Source of the DNA: Antedon mediterranea
Lineage: Eukaryota; Animalia; Echinodermata
DNA: 64,000 bases
Assembly (NCBI RefSeq): GCF_964355755.1
Contig: NC_092672.1
Location: 1,488,001-1,552,000 of the forward strand
Reading direction: 5' to 3'
Shown here one piece after another: positions 42,559 through 55,026 of the stretch (position 1 is its first letter; the number at the start of each line of letters is the position of its first letter). The notes beneath the pieces were generated by a model. It saw only the letters and a list, made by a program, of their open reading frames with translations, ran no database searches and was not told the DNA's origin. The position numbers were made by a program, and so were the translations under genes.

Positions 42559-43427
42559 ATTAATGGTGATATCACTGTCAATGCCTCTACATCTACCTGT
42601 TAGATTTACCTTTGTCTTGTATGACAGCATTTCCGTCAAAGTAATGCGTTGTATGTGTTCATCAATTCAAATTACCGGTATGTGATTGTTAATTTCTCTA
42701 TTTATTACATGTTATGTGTAATGTGCCGCATTTAATTGCTTTAGTGAGGTCAAAACATGTAAGATGTTTACAATAGTCATAATTCTTCACATTTTTACAC
42801 CTTTTTAATTACCAAAGGCTTGCAAAAATGACAATTAGGTGTTTACCCTAATTACGAGGACTCTGCTGACCTTTCTTGTGTCAAATATCTTGTAATAATT
42901 CAATCAAGTTAATGTCCCTGGGCGAACACCGCAGACATCGTGATTCTTTTAACTTCGTACAGCATACAAATGCACATTGTTTGGATTACGAATCAACCGC
43001 GTACGAAGACATGAAAGACGCGCGCGTACAAATGCTGAACTATCAGTATTTGAACGCGCGACTCGTGTGTTTTTTTTTCCGCGTCATGGACAAATTGGCT
43101 TCTAAAAATGACACGTTTAACATATTCCCTACTCATCCCTTAGAACTTAACTTCATCCTAGATAATATTACAAGACATTATGATACTTGGAACTTTCGAA
43201 TAATAAGACGGACTTCCTATACTACTAGGACTGCTCCCATTATCAAGCGGATGATACTTATTATCATTACCAAAAGTTATCAAATGATGCAAGCCTTGGT
43301 TCGAAAGATGACAGATTCATTGGTCATCATAATTAATAAAAGAATGTGTATGTCATCACATCTATTAATTTCCTTTTTATCTAAATCCCACGGAATTATG
43401 ACTCTTACATTGTAAGCATCTAATTAA

Positions 43428-44043
43428 TGAGATTAAAACCAGCAACATTAAGAACTTGAGATTGAAACCAGCAAAATTAAGTATTTGAGATTGAAATCTG
43501 TAAAATTAAAAACTTGAGATTAAAACCAGGACAGAAGAATTTGAGATTGAAACCAGCTGAGCAAAATTAAGAACTTGAGATTAAAACCTGCAAAATTAAG
43601 TACTTGAGATTGAAACATGCAAAAAAATTTAGAGCTTGAGATTGAAACATGCAAAATTGAGAACTTGAGATTGAAATAAAAAAAATCAACAACTTGAGAT
43701 TGAAATAAAAAAAATCAACAATTTGAGATTAAAACCTGCAAAATTAAAAACTTGAGATTGAAACCATGAAAATTAAGAACTTGAGATTGAAACCAACAAA
43801 ATTAGCAACTTGAGATTGAACCTAGCAAAATATAAGAACTTGAGGTTGAAACTAACAAAATTAGCAACTTGAGATTGAAACCAGGAAAATTACAAATTTG
43901 ATATTGAAACCAGCAAATTATAAGGACTTGAGATTAAAACCAGTAAAATTAACAACTTGAGATTGAAACCAGGAAAATTAAGAATTTGATATTGAAACCT
44001 GCAAAAGTTAAGAACTGGAGATTGAAACCAGGAAAATTAAGAA
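43428..44043. repeat. 29-bp minisatellite, ~21 copies (TTGAGATTGAAACCAGCAAAATTAAGAAC)
   Basis: Head-to-tail diverged units seen directly. Confidence 0.95.
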
Positions 44044-45090
44044 TAAGCCAATCGCTCAAAATCATATCATCAAATTATGCGATCACAATTCTCGGATTTG
44101 GTCCAAACCCGCATTGGCTCCACAACGCCGCCTCAATTATTAATGTTCCAAAAAAATATGTAAAGTTATGGCAAATGTAAACAATAATGTGAGTTATAAT
44201 AGATACATCATCATGTGTTGTCGTTGATAGAGTAGCTTACTAAAATAATTAACGATATTTAAGTAAGTAGGCCTATTCGGGCTGATGACATTTTTAGGCC
44301 GCTCTTCATCATCACCACCATTTTAAATCAGAACAGGCCCTTTCTCCGTGAAAATTATGACATCTGTGTACTGTATGTAGGCGCGGTGTAGGCCTAGTGT
44401 ACGTCCAAATATCCCCTTTACTGTATGTTATGTTACGAAGTCTGATCGGCACAAAAATCGCCCCACCCAGTCTGACCACCCTCCACCCAATATAGGCATT
44501 AATTCTCCCTATAGCATCAATCAATGGATGGCGTCAAACAATAAAACTTGACTTGACTCCATTTTAATTCTGGTGGTATGGAGAAACAAAGTGTCATCAT
44601 GTTGTATGATGATCAGGTAAGAATATCGAGCATGCAATGTTCAAGCGCAGAAAGTACATGGCAGGCTGGCCTCGTGTACGCGCGCCGACACTGTGGTCGC
44701 CTAAAACAGCAAAAAGTGAGCCTAGCCTAGGAAATAATTATGCTATTTGATAGTATATAGGCCTATACGTTTGTTCATTCGTGAAATGATAAAATAACAT
44801 AATACACGTACCTTTTGAGTGGCAAACTGGCCTAACTAAACACAAACCGAACTGTATGCATGCAAGAAGTAGCCTAACGAAAATGCATTATTATGGGAAT
44901 TAGCTTTTTAACCTCTAAAAGACACATTTTAGAATCAGTTGTTAGTTTTTCTAAAATATTTATTTAATTTAATTAATTTTTATACAATTAATATTTTTAA
45001 AAAAAGAATACCTGGATAACCCATTAGGTCGACAATTAAAAATACGGTGTCAACTTATTTCCAATGATATTTCTTATGATATAATAGGCC

Positions 45091-45298
45091 TATATATATA
45101 TATATATATATGACGTTATCCAAATTCCTTCACTTGCAACTGATGAAGGGCTAGTGTTGCCCGAGAGCTCTGCTAACTTTTCTGGCTGTTTACTTTATCG
45201 TTTTGATTTAGCTTCTCGCTTTTTATTTTTGTATCTCCATTGAGATCCAGCCACTGATACCCACAGCATTGTCATTTTTGTCAGTAATTTGCCTTTGG

Positions 45299-45334
<36 letters not shown>
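45091..45334 (+). mobile_element. ~190-bp element inside a (TA)n microsatellite, possibly Penelope-derived, with a hammerhead-like core
   Basis: Unique 45111-45301 flanked by (TA)n on both sides. CTGATGA-AGGGC-loop-GCCC-GAGAGCTC at 45140-45170. A 26-bp piece recurs inverted near 62235-62260. Confidence 0.55.
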
Positions 45335-45337
<3 letters not shown>

Positions 45338-45719
45338 TATAATCCAGTTATATCTTAGGAATTATATTTTAACTGTTTTGAATCCGAAATTTAGTATTGT
45401 CCCTATGGGAATGCATTTAAAGTGATAATTCAAGGCTAATTTAATTGATAATTGTTGCTATATCTATAATAATTAATGGATAGATCTGACGCCGTATAGG
45501 CCTACTTTAATATTGTGTCATGCAAGGCTGTTTACTATTTAGGGAATAGTGCAGTGTTTGATGGTTGTGTGTGCCGTTTCAAAAGAGTGCAGTATAGTAT
45601 AGGGATAAATGTAGGGTACCCGTTATAAAGTAAATTGAGGGCGCTCGACATATAAAACCAGCAGAGCCATGCTCTAAAAACCTGAGCCGATATATTGACT
45701 CTGAAAACCAATCATGATG

Positions 45720-46323
45720 ATCACCTAATCACCTGTAATCACCTGTCTTGTCGGGCTCGTAAGTAGACCATACATTTCTGTATGGTACATGTCATGCCCT
45801 CCCAATTTCATCAAGTCATCACTGCATGGTTTGTTTTTTTTTGGTTTTTTTTTTTTCATTCGTTTCCTTGATTTAAATTCTTCTGCAATACACTTTATCC
45901 CATAAAAGTAAATTTGTTGTATTTTCTTTCAATGAATTTATCAAGTTTATTTTTAAAGGCGTTTACTGTGGTGGTGTTAACGGCTTCCTCTGGTAGACTA
46001 TTCCATAGGTTAACAATTCTGTAAGAAAAATTGTACTTGCGGATATCCAGTTTAGGTCGTCGCTTATATATGGTGTATCTATGTCTTCTTAGGGTTTCTC
46101 TCGTATGTTTTCATAGGGAAGAAGTTACGCATTCCACTACCACTTAGGCCTGTCACCATTTTAAAAACTTGAATCATATCTCCTCGTAATCTTCTAAAAG
46201 CCAATGTTGGTAGATTATAGTCGTTTTAGGCGTTCTGTATAATCCAAGTCTTTTAATGATGGAATTGCTTTTGTTGCCCTCCTTTGAACTTTTTCAATGC
46301 ATGTTATATCTTTACGAAGAAAC
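45720..46323 (-). mobile_element. Second CR1-like LINE 3' fragment
   Basis: Minus-strand KDITCIEKVQRRATKAIP, LPTLAFRRLRGDMIQVFKM and FSYRIVNLWNSLPEEAVNTTTVNAFKNKLDKF; short repeated tail near 45720-45746. Confidence 0.88.
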
Positions 46324-46324
46324 G

Positions 46325-46421
46325 ATGATGTCATATCACTACCATATTTAAGCATATCACTACCATATTTGGGTATAACACACATTTTTTGCCAAACTAG
46401 TTTGATAGTGTAGACAGAGCT
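46325..46421. mobile_element. MITE family A half copy abutting a CR1 fragment
   Basis: Internal units plus AGTTTGATAGTGTAGACAGAGCT followed by TTA. Confidence 0.78.
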
Positions 46422-46740
46422 TTACTCATGCACACACTTACGCATGCGTAACGATGTTGACGCACATTTATTGTTGCTATACTAGATATTTCAATGCGTA
46501 CGGTAGATTTAAATAATACTAACATTGCAAATAATACTATAGTATAGGTCCAAAGAAGATGTTTTCCTCTGAAATATAGGCCTAGTCTGTTAATCTTTAT
46601 TTTTTCTGCTAATTGTCTATTTGTTTGAATTAAATCATGACAGTTTGCGTTTGCATGAATAAATGACCGGCTTCCAAACGGCATCTATTTTGTTCAATCG
46701 CGCACCGCGCGTTGTACGCGCAACAAACCAATCACAGATA

Positions 46741-46774
46741 GTTTAGTTTAGTTTAGTTTAGTTATAATGGGATA
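46741..46774 (-). mobile_element. Detached 3' tail, (TAAAC)n, of the CR1 at 49400-50370
   Basis: (GTTTA)4 plus ATAATGGGATA joins the CR1 3' UTR when the 46775-49396 element is removed. Confidence 0.6.
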
Positions 46775-49396
46775 TAGTCGAGTCAAACTGTTTCATTACC
46801 CCAAAAAAATTGCAAGAAAATGTTTTTTGATGAATTACAATAAAAAATGGTCTCAAAAAACATATAACAAAAGTTTACCAAAATCGGACTACCGCAAAGG
46901 TTCAAAATTTGACGTTAAAAAATATGGCCGCCAATTTTTGAAAATCGGTAACCGCTTGTAGTAGACAGCTGTATTTGGTGTCAAAGTGTTCAAAATATAT
47001 ATGTTTATATTTACACTTTTTGAACATTTTGTTGAAACATGACCGGAAATTCCATTTTGTTACCTTTGACATATATGGCATGATGTTTATATATCTATGT
47101 AACTGCAAATCACAGAGTCTTGATATTGGTGTCAAAATGTTCAGAACATACATATTTATATTTACCCTTTTTAAACATTTTGTTGAAACATGACCGGAAA
47201 TTCCATTTTGTGACCTTTGACCCATATATGACATAAAAAAATGTTCATATCTACGTAACTAAAAATCATAGATCCTTGATATTGGTGTCAAAATGTTCAG
47301 AACATACATATTTATATTTACTGTTTTTGAAAATTTTTTTCAAAAATAACCGAAAACATAAGGTTTTGACCTTTGATACTTATGGCATGAAATATTTTCA
47401 CATACATGTACATGAGGCATGTTTTACGCGAATGATATTTTCATGCAGAGCCTATAATCAGCTTTAACGCACTTAGACACACAGCGTGTTGAAGATTCAA
47501 ACGTAGTGTTTTGTAAAAATTGTTAAATATAAAATACCTAAATTATTCCTAACTTGATTACAGATTAATATAGAGGAATCTTTATTTGTAATAACTGCCA
47601 GGTTTGTGGACGTTCAGTTTAATTGTTTGTTCCGACATACCACTCTTCTGCTCCTTTGCAATTTCGTCCTCGTATAAATGCTCCACACACTTTCCCAAAA
47701 AAATCTGGAATGGGAATATTTGATGCACATTTACATTTCGATGGAGAGTTCAGATGTTTTTATGATTCTTGTTGCCATATTTTGTAGCAAAAAGTTAAAT
47801 TGTGTCATCTTTGGTTTGTAAAGTATTTGGATTTTGTTCACAGTTTTTGTCTTTCGTCGGAAATTATTTGCAGAGAAAGTGGATGCGGTGTAGATTCTTC
47901 AGCAGAGCCTGTATAATGGTTGTGGTGAATGATGATGACACTTTCAAATTTGATAATTAATTCATCTGTTGATTTGCCATCATTGTTCCCAGTTTCCCAT
48001 AACTTTTGGTAGATGTTTCGTGACAATTCCAACTGTGCCATAGTTTCTCCTTTTTAGACGTTCCATCTAGATGTAATGTATGATTGGATTTGTCAAGCAG
48101 TTCTTGCGAGGATGACAACTAATCCATGTGTATTTTTAATAACGGCTCTGCCTCCAAGTTGTTAAACACCTGTAGTCTATAGCATTTCTAGCTCCAACAA
48201 TATACTTTGTTGTTGTTGTTTAATAAATCCATAATTTAACTATTTTATCATTGTAATGTCTATGTTCATATTACGTCTTCATCACTCTGTTTTTTCACTT
48301 CTTCGTCATTTCTTCAAGTTTGCTTGCTCAAGATTTGAGGCATGTTCAAGAAGAATTCCATTATATTTTGTTTTCATTATTGCACCACAGCTCTTACAAC
48401 TTTCTCCCCCTTTAACCTCCTTCCTTTAATCCTTGTAAACGTGCTAGTTTTCATTGTTTCACTTCTCCCTTGATATTGCTTCCAATTTACTTTGATTTAA
48501 TCTGTAACTGTTCAGCTTTTAACTCATTGATATCATATCAGAGGCCAATGTGCTATAGATGGTTTTAATTCTTCCTTTTGTTGACATTTCTTGGTGTGTA
48601 TCGTGATATTTTTCTCTTGCATCTATTATGTTTACATTATTTTCAAACTGTATAGTTACACAATCGAGTTCCTTTGCCATTGTTTGCATTTGATTGTTTT
48701 CACTGTCATTTGCCTTTTTTTTAATCCATTTTCACATGCAATTCTTCCAGATCCTGTATATTACAGGCTCTGCATAGACATCGTGTCGAAGGGAAAATCT
48801 TGTGTTTTCGATTATTTTTGAACAATATTTTCAAAAACAGTAAATATAAATATGTATGTTCTGAACATTTTGACACCAATATCAAGGTTCTATGATTTTT
48901 AGTTACGTAGATATGAACATTTTTTTATGTCATATATGGGTCAAAGGTCACAAAATGGAATTTCCGATCATGTTTCAACAAAATGTTTAAAAAGGGTAAA
49001 TATAAAAATGTATGTTCTGAACATTTTGACACCAATATCAAGACTCTGTGATTTGCATTTACGTAAATATATAAACGTCATGCCATATATGTCAAAGGTC
49101 ACAAAATGAAATTTCCGGTCATGTTTCAACAAAATGTTCAAAAAGTGTAAATATAAACATATATATTTTGAACAATTTGACACCAAATACAGCTGTCTAC
49201 TACAAGCGGTTACCGATTTTCAAAAATTGACGGCCATCTTTTTTAACGTCAAATTTTGAACCTTTGCGGTCGTCCGATTTTGGTAAACTTTTGATATCTG
49301 TTTTTTGAGACCATTTTTTATTGTAATTCATCAAAAAACATTTTCTTGCAATTTTTTTGGGGTTAGGCCCTATATTTTCATATTTTGACCCGACTA
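46775..49396. mobile_element. 2.6-kb DNA transposon with ~600-bp TIRs (Academ-like by termini; superfamily tentative)
   Basis: Inverted repeats at ~46775-47378 and ~48782-49396, each holding three ~150-bp subrepeats. TAG...CTA termini with ATA duplicated on both sides. Interior looks like decayed coding sequence on the minus strand. Confidence 0.85.
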
Positions 49397-49399
49397 ATA

Positions 49400-50370
49400 G
49401 TTTAGGCGATGCCCATATCAACTACATTGTGTCGATGCGATTCTTGAAGGTGTTAGTGGTATCAGAATTGACAACGTCGGCTGGTAAACTGTTCCAATGG
49501 TTTATTACTCGTTGCGAGAAGGTATGTCTTCTACAGTTCAATCCTTTATGGAAAATAGGCTTGAAAAATCTCAGGTGATGTCCTCGAGTAATTCTGCTAC
49601 ACCCTCGAAATCTTTAACAATTTTATATGCTTCAATCAGGTCACCTCGAATTCTTCTGTCATACAAGGTTGTTAGGCCAAGAAGCTTTAAACGATCTTCA
49701 TATGAATATGAACGGATACATGGAACTAATTTAGTCGCACGACTTTGTACTCTTTCAATTACATTTATGTCCTTTTGAAGATACGGATTCCATACTTGAA
49801 CACAAAATTCGAGATGTGGGCGTACATAATGCTTGTAGATGACAATCCTTATCCATTATACGAAAGTCCTTCTGATGCTTCTTAAACAGTTCATGGCCCG
49901 CTGAGATACTTTGGCGCAGTGTTGGCTTGGTTTACAGTCATTAGTAATTAGTACTCCTAGGTACTTTATTTTCTCAACTGTTTCCAGTTCAACTTCATCT
50001 ATTTGGTATTTAAAATGAACATTTGAATGTCCGAAGTGCATCACCATGCATTTGCTTTTATTAAAAGCCAACATCCATTCTTTACTCCACTGCAGTGCAT
50101 TGTTTAAAGATTCTTGTAATAATTGTCCATCATTTCTGTTGTTATAACTACTGAGTAGATCTTTGTATCATCAGCAAATAGCTTTATATGACTAGACACA
50201 TTACTTTGGTAGGTCATTTATATATAATGCAAACAATGTAGGGCCCAACACCGAGCCTTATGGAACTCCACTCCACTCCACTAAATTCCAACTGGAAGAA
50301 GCATGCCGGCACTTTGACTCTTTTGTTGTCTGTTATCAAGAAAATCTTGAAGATACCATTATACAATCAT
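49400..50370 (-). mobile_element. 5'-truncated CR1-like LINE reverse transcriptase remnant
   Basis: Minus-strand GVP*GSVLGPTLFALYINDLP, KLFADDTKIY, FNKSKCMVMHFG, YLGV, VRPHLEFCVQVWNP and FKNRID; contains stops and frameshifts. Confidence 0.92.
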
Positions 50371-51049
50371 TTTGTTTTACACTAAATAACAGCTCGAACT
50401 AAAAGTAATATATCAAAATATAAGAAAATAAAAGCTGTAGGCTTATACACAGATAAATATAAAATACAAAAAAAAATCTATCTAGAACAAATGTATAAAC
50501 AAGACCTTACAATGTTCAAAACTATGTGACTTATCATACCATCACAACCTTTGATGACAATAACAGTTGGTTTAAAAGTTTTTGGGTTACGATGAACTGA
50601 TGACATAATTGGTGTGATACATGCGGTGACAAACGGGGCTAACGTGAGTGAAGCATGTTAACATTTTAATGTCATAATTGGAACATAATATGCTCGCTTT
50701 AAACTATCCAAGGTCGTTGAATATATGATTTAATTAATAACTCTCTTCTTGAAAAAAAAAATGCTGTTCCTTGTCATAATTCACTAACAGAAGTAATATA
50801 ATACTAGCTGTCTGAACACTTGCTTAACATTTAAAGAATCACTTGGAATTTGTTAATTTAATTTGAGTTATCGTGTACTACAGAGTTCTCTCGTTCACAC
50901 ATCAACTTTCACTATCAACCGATTTTCAAATTAACTAATTCTGTTTAACACAGACTGTGCTCGTCACCACCACCCAACATTGTCACTTTCAGGCGTGTGA
51001 CAGAACTCGTATTCATACAGTAATTATGTGGAGTTGCCGGGCGAATGAT

Positions 51050-51304
51050 ATGACCCCCAGCCCGCATGACCCCCAACCCGCATGAACCCCAAGCCGCATG
51101 ACCCCCAGCCCGCATGATCCCGAGCCCGCATGACCCCCCAGCCCGCATGACCCCCAGCCCGCATGACACCCAGCCCGCATGACCCCCAGCCCGCATGACA
51201 CCCAGCCCGCATGACACCCAGCCCGCATGACCACCAGCCCGCATGATCCCCAGCCCGCATGACACCCAGCCCGCATGACACCCAGCCCGCATGACCCCCA
51301 GCCC
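51050..51304. repeat. 17-bp GC-rich minisatellite (CAGCCCGCATGACMCCC), ~15 copies
   Basis: Tandem array seen directly. Confidence 0.95.
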
Positions 51305-51575
51305 TATAATCTTGATTATCGTAACAATAACAATAAGAATGATAATAATATATTTGGATTAATTCAATTTACAACATTTCAGTCATGAAAATGCTGAATG
51401 TTATACACAGCAGCATAAATATGTTATTAGTATGCACTTTTTCGTTTTTGACCCACCGACGACCGCCACCCACTAAATGTGAGGCCAGTAAAATAGATCT
51501 AACATGTTTTAATAATCCCTGTTAACGGATACCGTCCTTATATTAGCTCCGACGTTCCCAATTTAGTAATTCTTA

Positions 51576-51920
51576 AGCTCTGTCTACACTATCAAACTTT
51601 ATATAAATATAAAAAACTTTAAAAACAAAATGTGATGTGCCCATATAATGGACATGATGATGTCATATAACTACCATATTTGGGCCTATCACTACCATAT
51701 TTGGGCCTATTACTACCATATTTGGGCCTATTACTACCATATTTGGGCATATCACTACCATATTTGGGCCTATTACTACCATATTTGGGCATATCACTAC
51801 CATATTTGGGCCTATTACTACCATATTTGGGCATATCACTACCATATTTGGGCATATCACTACCATATTTGGGCATATCAAACTTTTTAGTCAAACTAGT
51901 TTGATAGTGTAGAAAGAGCT
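51576..51920. mobile_element. MITE family A (Harbinger/Tourist-type) copy with an expanded internal 21-bp array
   Basis: TIR AGCTCTGTCTACACTATCAAACT, TTA TSD, about 10 copies of CATATTTGGGCATATCACTAC. Confidence 0.9.
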
Positions 51921-53915
51921 TTAGTACCGAAATCCTTGATGAACGATTGCAACTGTTATCCTTATAATATCATTTTAACTAACAAGGGCTTAATAGGGTG
52001 TATATAATATAATTTCCACCCACGGGGATCGACATTCTTCCCGTCGTCAACACATTGAAGGGCATGTGTGTACAGCAATTATACACAAATTAATTTTAAT
52101 TAACTTTGTTTTTAAAACAATTTTAATATAATTATTATATTAACCTCATTGCTATCAAATAATGTCATGTTAATAACGTATTCACGACAGAATCTCAATT
52201 ATGTGTTCTCTTTTAAAATTGATGTGCAGTTGGTAGATAAGATCACCCAAATGACTCCCACTTGGGATGCACCACAAGAACGTAACCGTAATTTGACCGA
52301 ATCATGTAGTATTCTGTTTTGGATGCACCACCCTGGTGTGTCACTGTACCTACCCAAATAAAAGTAGAAAGTATGACGCGGTGGATCATCGCTTTATGAT
52401 TGGTCCACTCACTTGCTTCACAACCCGAGCGCGCGTTTTTTGTTTATATTGATGATTAATTTAATAAACCAATTACGTTTATCATCTGGTTCTCTCCCCC
52501 CACCCTCCACCTGCCAAGTGCATCACCAACTCAACATATCGAAGCACATTCACGAACGGTTTTATTTTGCCCATAAATCAAGTGAAAAACCCCGAATCAA
52601 AATCATTATTATGTTACACACTTCAATTTACCTCGCATTTTACATATTTTTAAATAAGTATGTACTACCTTACTGAACCTGAGACAACAATCAACAATAT
52701 TAACTATTGTGGTATCATGCTGATCTGAAACAACGTCAGACATTTGAAAAAATTATAGTGAGCCCTCTACAAAAAAGGAGAGGAGAAAAAAAGTCACACT
52801 GCGCCCTCATTCGATGAATAGTTGTATCATGGATCGACTACAGATCTTTTATATCGATTATAAAATAATTTTTTTCTTTGGCGGAAATCAGCCACCATAC
52901 ATTCTGAAGATGTAAGTTTGAACACTTCGAATTAAATTTGAAAACCTGATTTACAAACGAAATAAAAAGAAAACACACCAATAAATTTTCTTTTCACCCT
53001 ACTCTGGTAGATTTATTACGCAAGTACCAGTAATGCCTTTATAAATAGTTAACACATTACACAAGAGATACAAAAACAACAGAGAACAGAGTTTATGAAC
53101 AGAAGCCAAACGGGTCTCAAAAAACAACTATTTCAAATTATTCTTTTGTTTAACCTCACTCATGCAGACAAATACAAAAATACAAAATCTGTTAATTTTC
53201 AACATAATTTTCAACCAATTTTCTCAAGGTACATCATCAATTTTAAAAATAATAAAATAGGTTTTCTTAAAAGTTAGTACATAATATATTCTGCTTTAGA
53301 CATACTCCATATTATAGTAAAACATCTTGGGAAACAAATAACATGAACAGACAATTGTATTTTAAAATAATTCCTAATGGAATTACACATATTTCAAGTT
53401 ATTATTTTGTAAAATTTTGATACAAAATTATCGTTTAAGCCAAGATATACATAGCAATACAAAGAGAGATCAACACAGATTCCACAATTTAAACTGATTT
53501 TTACCACAAAATCTGTATTTTGGCAAATTTTATTAGTAATTATTTTACACTATACAATGTATGAGGTTTTTAAAATTGTTATTTATTATAATATAAAAGT
53601 TTAAAACTTAGCAAATATCAGAACATTTAATTTAAGACACATTAACAGACTGGTCCTCCCTCGCAGTTTTAAACCTGGTCACCGATAATTATTATTGTTT
53701 TCAACTCGTTTTTTTCTAAAAGCATTCCACGATGACTTTCTGTACAATGGTTACGCTGAAGCAATGAATAATGGGTTTTTACTGGACAACATAATAACTA
53801 CAAGAAAATTTCTCCTAAGCACTACGAACAATGATAGCGACTAAAGTTGCCGTTCTTTTGCACGCCCTTTCTCGCACTCACTCTTTCACTCGTAAGGCAG
53901 CATTCACGCCGGTCT

Positions 53916-53993
53916 TCAAGAGTCCGCTTTGACCTCTTCTTCAACGGGTGAATCGCCATTGCTTTTCTTCTTCTTTAGGAAGGCTTCACCCTC
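53916..53993 (-). CDS. Uncharacterised acidic repeat protein, terminal exon 5
   Basis: EGEAFLKKKKSNGDSPVEEEVKADS-stop(TGA). TTTTTACAG acceptor; completes a 197-aa ORF. Confidence 0.85.
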   Translation of the reverse strand, partial: EGEAFLKKKKSNGDSPVEEEVKADS

Positions 53994-54263
53994 CTGTAAA
54001 AAAAAATAATATTGATACAACTTTACTTATTGTCCATACATTGATGGCTGTATGTGACTTATCAAATAATGTTATACTTTAAGAACCAGGATTTTGACTT
54101 AGGGGAGGGTGGGGGAGAGAGAAGGTGAGGAATCGGGAGCCTCAAAATTGAGTGCCAGGCTTCGCTTATGAGCATATTATTTACTTTAGACATCTGTCAA
54201 AAAATAAGTGCTTAACAGTAAATCACGCAAGGATAAATTAAAACGAAATAGTAAAAGACGAAC

Positions 54264-54452
54264 CTCTAATGTCTCGGCCATTGTGTGTGTTCGTTTGAGT
54301 GCAACTGCTTCATCTTCCTCCTCCTCTTCATCCTTGCTGTCTTCATCTTCATCTTCCTCACCATTCTCTTCATCTTGCGCTTCAGCGATTGCCTTACTCT
54401 GTGTCCTTGTTTCTCCTAATGGTTTATCTTCTCCAAGGAACTCGTCTCCGGC
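54264..54452 (-). CDS. Uncharacterised acidic repeat protein, exon 4
   Basis: AGDEFLGEDKPLGETRTQSKAIAEAQDEENGEEDEDEDSKDEEEEEDEAVALKRTHTMAETLE. TTTTACCGTAG acceptor, GTTCGT donor, phase 0-0. Confidence 0.88.
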
Positions 54453-54619
54453 CTACGGTAAAAAAAATGAATGGAATGTTTCTTAAAAAACAGAAAGTTT
54501 ATAACAATAATGCAAACGTAGAAAGAGATTAACAGTATAAAATTCATTCTATAAGGAATTGTCAACTTTATCTTTAAATACTAGTACATTATACTCAATG
54601 ATCAACATCCAATACATCA

Positions 54620-54739
54620 AGATTATGTATGGTTGAGGTCAGGAAAGAAACTACGTAGCACACTATGTAGAACTAACAGATTATGTATGGTTGAGGTCAG
54701 GAAAGAAACTACGTAGCACACTATGTAGAACTAACAGAT
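54620..54739. repeat. Exact ~58-bp tandem duplication
   Basis: AGATTATGTATGGTTGAGGTCAGGAAAGAAACTACGTAGCACACTATGTAGAACTAAC occurs twice. Confidence 0.9.
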
Positions 54740-55026
54740 ATTTAAATTCACTTGTCTTTTTCCATCCGTGCTTTCAATGACAAATACTGTTGAATCACCT
54801 TGTTGTTTACTTTGTATAGTGTATCTTTATTACAACTCTTTACTTGTTTATATTTATTTTACTTATATATATTTTGTACGTCATTGTATTTTTATGCAAG
54901 AGATTGTGCCTGTCATGAATTTCCGCAAGGACCAAATAAATCTGAATCTGAATTCCTATCCTATATGAGCAATTATTTTCAATTGGTTAAGTCTGTAAAA
55001 TCATGAATAGATATTTTATAACAAAC

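Noticed and set aside
42876-43415. 179-aa plus-strand ORF
   Set aside because: Non-ATG start, no recognisable domain or splice pattern, composition like background.
43428-44043. CRISPR-like array (units contain ATTGAAAC, like some CRISPR repeat ends)
   Set aside because: The intervening sequences are themselves repeated rather than unique spacers, the period is only 29 bp, there are no cas genes, and the context is eukaryotic.
47380-48780. Intact transposase inside the long-TIR element
   Set aside because: Only short, stop-ridden frames; no DDE motif that I can recognise.
46767-49421. Pairs of near-identical ORFs on opposite strands
   Set aside because: They arise from the long terminal inverted repeats, not from duplicated genes.
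50945-51904. Repetitive ORFs (MRAGCHAGW..., MPKYGSD...)
   Set aside because: Products of the 17-bp minisatellite and the MITE 21-bp array.
54208-54532. Plus-strand Ser-rich and Leu/His-rich ORFs
   Set aside because: Antisense shadows of the acidic minus-strand exon 54264-54452.
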